From Asterias rubens (lineage: Eukaryota): a DNA stretch of 64,000 bases. Location: assembly GCF_902459465.1 (NCBI RefSeq), contig NC_047068.1, positions 15,624,001 to 15,688,000 of the forward strand. Reading direction: 5' to 3'. Positions 58,334 to 64,000 of the stretch are shown here, in pieces. A program made the position numbers and the translations under genes. Numbering within the stretch: position 1 is the first letter of the stretch; the number at the start of each line of letters is the position of its first letter. Under the pieces are notes generated by a model. The model worked only from the letters and a program-made list of their open reading frames with translations, did not search any database and was not told where the DNA came from.

Positions 58334-60199
58334 TTAAACGTACAGTGGTGCTTAAAATGTTTCTGCATAGCAAATGGTACACCTAATACAGTATTTTGCC
58401 TGGTAACCTTATTCTGGTAAGCACAATTGTGCTTTATAAGCAGCTCTATGAAATTAAGCTCAGTTTGAATGGAAACAGTAGACCCCTTGATAGTTTTGGA
58501 AAATCAATGCTTTACACACCATATTGGTGTTCAGAGAAACCCTCCCTTTTAATTACCCGGGCGGCTTTTCTGTAAAATAAAAGACATGTTATGAGCGAGG
58601 CTGGAACTCTCTCCTTGTGTTTGCAGTGTGCACATAGTATCATGCAGGTGTTCTAATAGTAGCGGACTGCATGGTGCATTATTAATAAGAAGAGAAAATG
58701 TAAATATCGCGTCTTGCCTGGTGCAACCTATAACAAATCACCATAGAGTATATTATCAACTAATTGTACAGCGTGTGTATTACGTGCAGCAGCCGTTATT
58801 GTTTGCTAAATTAAGTGTGAGTTACTTTTTTGTGTTATTTATATGTTGCAATGGAATCAATGGAAAACCATTTTATTAAGTTTGAAATTTGTTACACCAT
58901 TCAATTAAAAGCTTTGTTTGGCTGGCTGAGTTTGTTTTCTACAATTATGTGTTTTTGAAATTGACCTATTTCTAGGGGAGATGGGGATGTGTCAGCAAAA
59001 ATAAAATGCTGATATGCAGCGGTATGAATGTTCCATGGGACTTCTTAAGTCTTATTAGAGGTAAAATGATGGTGAAACAATAGAAACGCACAGCTGAGTA
59101 AGCGCTGCGCACAAGATTTGCCAATGAGTAACCTTCTTTTTACCTCAAGGGGATGGTGCCCTACTCAAATGGCGTCATATCGCATGGTCTACTTGAAAGA
59201 AAACAGTACTGAACTATGACTTGTTGACAATTAAGAACCCTCCTACTTTTGTAAACATTATTTTTCTCAGCAACTTCTCAACCATCCAGAACCATCATTT
59301 CAACTTGAAGGGTTTTGTATGATGGTGCAACTGTGCACAGAACCAACATCTGTATTCACAGTGACATGCAATATATAGGGGCATCTAGGATTCAAAAATC
59401 ACACCGTGGAATGGTCAGACAGGGATGGTCACAAGATCTTTAATATAGACCCCTTTATTGATAATGTCATGGTTTGTATACTGTATTAAGCAAGTGCCCT
59501 GCATTGTGGACAGTCGTGCAGGGACACAGTTTTAAATTATTCTTCAAAAGTGGTTTAAAAAACTGTGACGTCATCAGCAAAAAGGTATTTTAAAGATGAT
59601 AACAACTAGACGCCAAAGCAATTCATGGGAATAAGTTGGCAAAGAATTGTTTATCTTAGATTAGACCCCAATATTGGAACTAATGCAAAATGAAGTTATA
59701 TCAATTTTCACTGCAATGCAGATCCAATTCTTCACATAAAATAATGTCTAATCGTGTGCCTTTGTATTTTTAACAAGTCCGTCCAAGAGAGTTTTTATTG
59801 CACAATGAGAACATTCATTGTCTTGAGAGATGAAATAAAACAATTGATCAATAATTAAGAATGAACAGAGTGTATTTTATGTTTATTGTCTGTGTGTGTT
59901 TGGAATTTAGTTTTGATTGCTTTATGAAAGTGTAGCTATCCCAGAAGTAACCCATCAGTTTTTAGCTTGCTTTGTGCAACAATCATTATGGTGTTTACTG
60001 GTTTGTTGTTATGGGTGTTTGTTTGCTTGTCGGGGTGTTTGTTTGTTTGATGGGGTGTTGGTCTGTTTTGTACAGCATGTAAACAGAAAAACAGTTTTTA
60101 AGACACTGTAACTGCTACTCATAAAAGCTTTGAATCGTTATTAATTTTTTACTCTCAAAAACTCAAGCGGGTCCTGATGTCAAGGGGGTTGCCGGTGCC

Positions 60200-60500
60200 G
60201 CATGCAATTATGTCCTCTCTGCAATACTATCCGGGGGACATTATTGCATATGCCTGGACGCCGCTGCATAATGCAATTGTGTCCGCCCGGACACATTTGC
60301 ATATGCGGTTGTGTCCGCCCCGTGCAAAACCTTGCTTGCAGTATAAATTAAACGGCCTTGGTCGACGGAACACGTTCGCCATTTTTGTGCCTGACATGGG
60401 AAACATTCGGCCGTTGGGTTGCATAGCCCCGGACACGATTGCATATGCAAAAGTGTCCGTAGCGGACAGTATTGCATGGCCGAACAATTGCATCCCACAC
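60200..60500. repeat. Array of palindromic GGACAC-N-TGCATATGC-N-GTGTCC motifs (probable transposon remnant)
   Basis: Motifs at about 60236, 60289, 60431 and 60464. Confidence 0.6.
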
Positions 60501-60535
60501 CAGCATGCCCCTTTAGTAATACACATGTAACAATC

Positions 60536-60660
60536 TCTACCTGAAGACAGCAGAATGGATGTTCGAAACGTCGAGATCACACTGGCTCTTTTCAGAGCCA
60601 ACACTCATCCAAAAGCGATTTTATGTATGGTTGAATTGTATCCGCAAGTTTACTATTAAT
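60536..60660 (+). mobile_element. Penelope-like pseudo-LTR remnant with a degenerate hammerhead core; sister copy at about 32445-32545 (-)
   Basis: CTGAAGA...TGTTCGAAACGTCGAGA-CACACTGGCTCTTTTCAGAGCCAACACTC shared between the two copies. Confidence 0.5.
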
Positions 60661-60698
60661 TTCATTAACAATTTTTTATCTATCAATCTTCATATTAA

Positions 60699-61076
60699 AG
60701 CCACTTTTTTTCCTCAATAATTGCGAGCACAAATGCAGGGCACAAATAAAAAAAAGACTACTCTTCACATGTGTGTATCTCAACGTATGCATAAAACAAC
60801 AAAGCTGTGAAAATTTGAGCTCAATCGGTCGAAAGAAAAAACACCCATGTCACACGAGGTTGTGTGCTTTCAGATGCTTGATTTCGAGACCTCAAAATCT
60901 AAACCTGAGGTCTCGAAATCAAATTCGTGGAAAATTACTTCTTTCTCGAAAACTACATTACTTCAGAGGGAGCCCTTTTCTCACAATGTATTGTACTATC
61001 AACCTCTCCCCATCAATCAAGTAAGGTTTTTATGATAATGATTATTTTGAGTAATTACCAATAGTGTCCACTGCCT
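60699..61076. mobile_element. Kolobok-like MITE copy (5' end degenerate)
   Basis: Body matches 8791-9143; 3' end AATTACCAATAGTGTCCACTGCCT|TTAA. Confidence 0.75.
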
Positions 61077-64000
61077 TTAATGGCATTCCAGGTTTACTTG
61101 ATTTTCAAAGTAGGCTCTAACAGAGAGTCCCGCAAGAAATATACCTGCCGGGAACCTTATGAAGGTTACGCTATTTCTACCTCTGTAATTAAAAACCAAT
61201 CAGCTTCTATTGCCTAATTAATGTTTGACCAATTGACTTGGCTTTTTAATGAGAAAATGGTTTCCTACGTAAGCGCGTATGGGTCCCATGCATGTTGTCT
61301 CTTCTTGTTTAAACACAATCAGCCATGTGGTTTCACACCAAAGCTCAACCCCAACGAGTAAGGAATGCAATCAGCAACTGCTGTAGTAAAGGGCAAGATC
61401 AGCTAATATTGAACATCCTGTTTGTTTTATTGATTCACTGCTACTGAAGTAATTATAGCTATTACTCGGAAAAGTCAGTTGGGATCCTCAGGAGGGCAAT
61501 TAAATTGTAAGAGGTTGTTTTTCTCTGGCACAATTTGATTGTAGAATGATTCGACCATAAAATGGTCTGGTATGATATTTTAAGGCAAAGTAGCCGACAT
61601 CATTGTTGTTTGAATTGGAAGAATGAACTCGAATCCATCCTTCATAACTATTTTTGTTACAACCAAACTGTAAACAATCAATTATTTTGAGTAATTACCA
61701 ATAAACGAGTTTTCAGATTTATTTATACAATAATTAGAAAACAATCATGGAAGGTCACTTTACCTTATTCCTATGTTGATGTCTCCTTATGTTGAATTAG
61801 AGGGCGTCTTCAGACTCAAAAGCCACAGAGTTTACACAGAAGCCTTGGTTCTCACGGCGTGCATCTTGAAGCTCAATCTCAGTTTTAATCTAAAGTTCTA
61901 GACAACTTTACCATGGATCTGTGTTATCTTTTCTGTCTCGTAATCAGCTGTTCCCCTTTACCTCGGGGCCTATTGGTGCAAAGTTCCACTTTTACTATGA
62001 GCCGCGGGGTAACCAATGGTTGTTCGACAAGACAGTCAGTGCAGTTCGGTTTTTGATTTACCGGCAAATCGGGCACTCACTCCTCATGCAGTCTTCACGG
62101 GTGTCGTGTTCGCAGTCAGTCTTGCTCGTAAACTAGAGGTTTTTTTTTCAAAAAGCATACAGTGATGGAAATAGAGCAAATTTGTAGAATGGAATGCTCA
62201 TTTTGTTACCGCCGAACCTCTCAAATGGGGCAGGTAAACATAAGAGAATAAATCAACCATGCTTGATGGTTTTTAAACTCAAATTCCAAGCATACCGAAA
62301 CTGTTCGGACAAGGTACATTAGTCCAGCTGTATCACGGCAGGCAATTCCCACGAAATGCAACGTCTGCGGGCTTTTGCCTCTCTTCCCCTGGTCATCCAA
62401 TCATCAACATTCAGACTAGAAATTCTTCCCGACACCAATTTTATATCCTATTATTGTAGCCATTGATGCAGTATCATCCATTTGGCAAGCAGGAAAAGGT
62501 GTCGACGGCATCCAAAACGATAAATATTTCAACATTTCAAAATGGTTGCTGGATCGTACGGGTGCCGTTAGCAAAACAGCTCGGCAGGACAGGGTAGACA
62601 TTTTGACATGCACAGAACACAGAAGAGTGGAATTCCAATACAACAAAGCAATGGAAGTGTCTTGATTTAGCAAGTGTTTGCCTTTTGTTCACTTCTCATT
62701 CCTCAGATTATAGAACAAGAATGTCACAAGAATGTCCCCGATGCAAATTTAACATCTATTATAAGAATGTCACATGAAGGTGATACGCCTGACTACGCAG
62801 AACTTCGTTTTACCTCCATGGGTCATGCAAGAAACAGTCTTTAAAACAGCCTTTTTCATGAAGAATGAAAACATCAGAAGGCTGTACTTTTCACTTCCAG
62901 CAAATTTCAAATGGCAATTTCTGTAATTGTTACTTCTGATCGCAGTTGTGCTTCCATCGACAGTCTGTGCGCCATTTTCCAGATTCTTAAATCATCATTA
63001 AGCATTTGAATTGAACGAAACCGGACAGAAAGTCAGAATTGACCCTGATTCCATTTGTATTAGGCCTGACCCCGACCTGACCCCAACCTGACCCATTCCC
63101 GGGTCACACTGACCTGGAAAGTGGTAACAACATGAGATTTTAACTGGGGTTGTGTGTCACATCAACCGGAGGGGCTTCATGACACCCCCCCCCCCACCCT
63201 CCCTTACGTCAATTTGTTTCAGTGAAAACCAGTGTTTCGGTTTTTAAGCGTTAACCATAATGTGAAGCTTTGGGAAATTGTGGTTCATTCATTTTGAAGA
63301 ATGTTTGTTCCCGTCTTCTTGATTCTGAGGAAAGAGTTTCTTTTCAGAACCAACACTTGTCGTTGTACTCGCAAGTTGTTCTTACTGTGAAACAGTGTCC
63401 TTCACCAGATGGGTACATAACAACTTTATTATTATTATTATTTTTTTTGGGGGGGGGATGGGGGGGGGCAAAGAATAAAGTATGTTATTAGATTTTTGAA
63501 AAAACTTGTCATGCATTTGAATTTGGAGTATTGTACAATGGGTATACAATTTATGCGCGATTTATCGTTTTTGTGGAAATCTCTAATTGTTATATACGAT
63601 TCGAGGTATTGTATGCCGGCATGCTTCGATATAAACGCCCAACATAATTATATTATACTTTTGACTTGGAGAAATATCACTTGCGATTGGTATACTAATT
63701 TATTAGATCTCGTCCTGCATAAGTCTTTATAGAGAACAAAATGCATAAACTACGAAAAGAACAAACAAAGTGAACTACAACCAGTCGATAATACTCTTAT
63801 GAAAGTAGCCTCAACAAACAGACGCTTGGCAATGTAAAAATAGCACTGCTTTATTCGTTCTGAGACATAGTTTTCACTTGGCGTGAGTGTTGGCAAACAG
63901 CCCCTGTTGACAGAAAGTTGTCGGTGGCAGGCTGACGAGTTTCGGGGGCGGGGTGGATAGTTCCGGACAATGGGTGGAAGATTAAACATGAATTGCAAAC

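Noticed and set aside
61780-62680. Possible minus-strand exons near the right end (e.g. IKTEIELQDARRENQGF...*; ORF 62416-62673)
   Set aside because: No consistent exon chain or recognisable domain; could be UTR or lncRNA.

Overview
AT-rich, intron-rich eukaryotic (animal) genomic DNA. It probably comes from a marine invertebrate deuterostome such as an echinoderm; this is inferred from gene structure and repeat style, not proven. I could rebuild four protein-coding genes by hand with consistent GT-AG junctions and reading phases. (1) A CARHSP1/CSDC2-like cold-shock-domain gene on the minus strand (139 aa). (2) Head-to-head with it, SGSH/sulfamidase (+), which carries a tandemly duplicated active-site-region exon (4a/4b) that appears to be mutually exclusively spliced. 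(3) A 21-exon, about 1520-aa type I membrane protein (+): signal peptide, two degenerate Gla-like modules, 8 TSP1 repeats, 2 LamG, Ig, TM and a long acidic tail with an EPIYVN motif. (4) FOXJ1 (+, 463 aa). The non-coding space is dense with MITEs (CWG-TSD Harbinger-like, TTAA-TSD Kolobok-like, hAT-like, P-like), tRNA-derived SINE-like elements, minimal hammerhead-ribozyme motifs of the Penelope-like type and a hierarchical minisatellite. Most entries in the supplied ORF track are spurious or are exon fragments run into introns.
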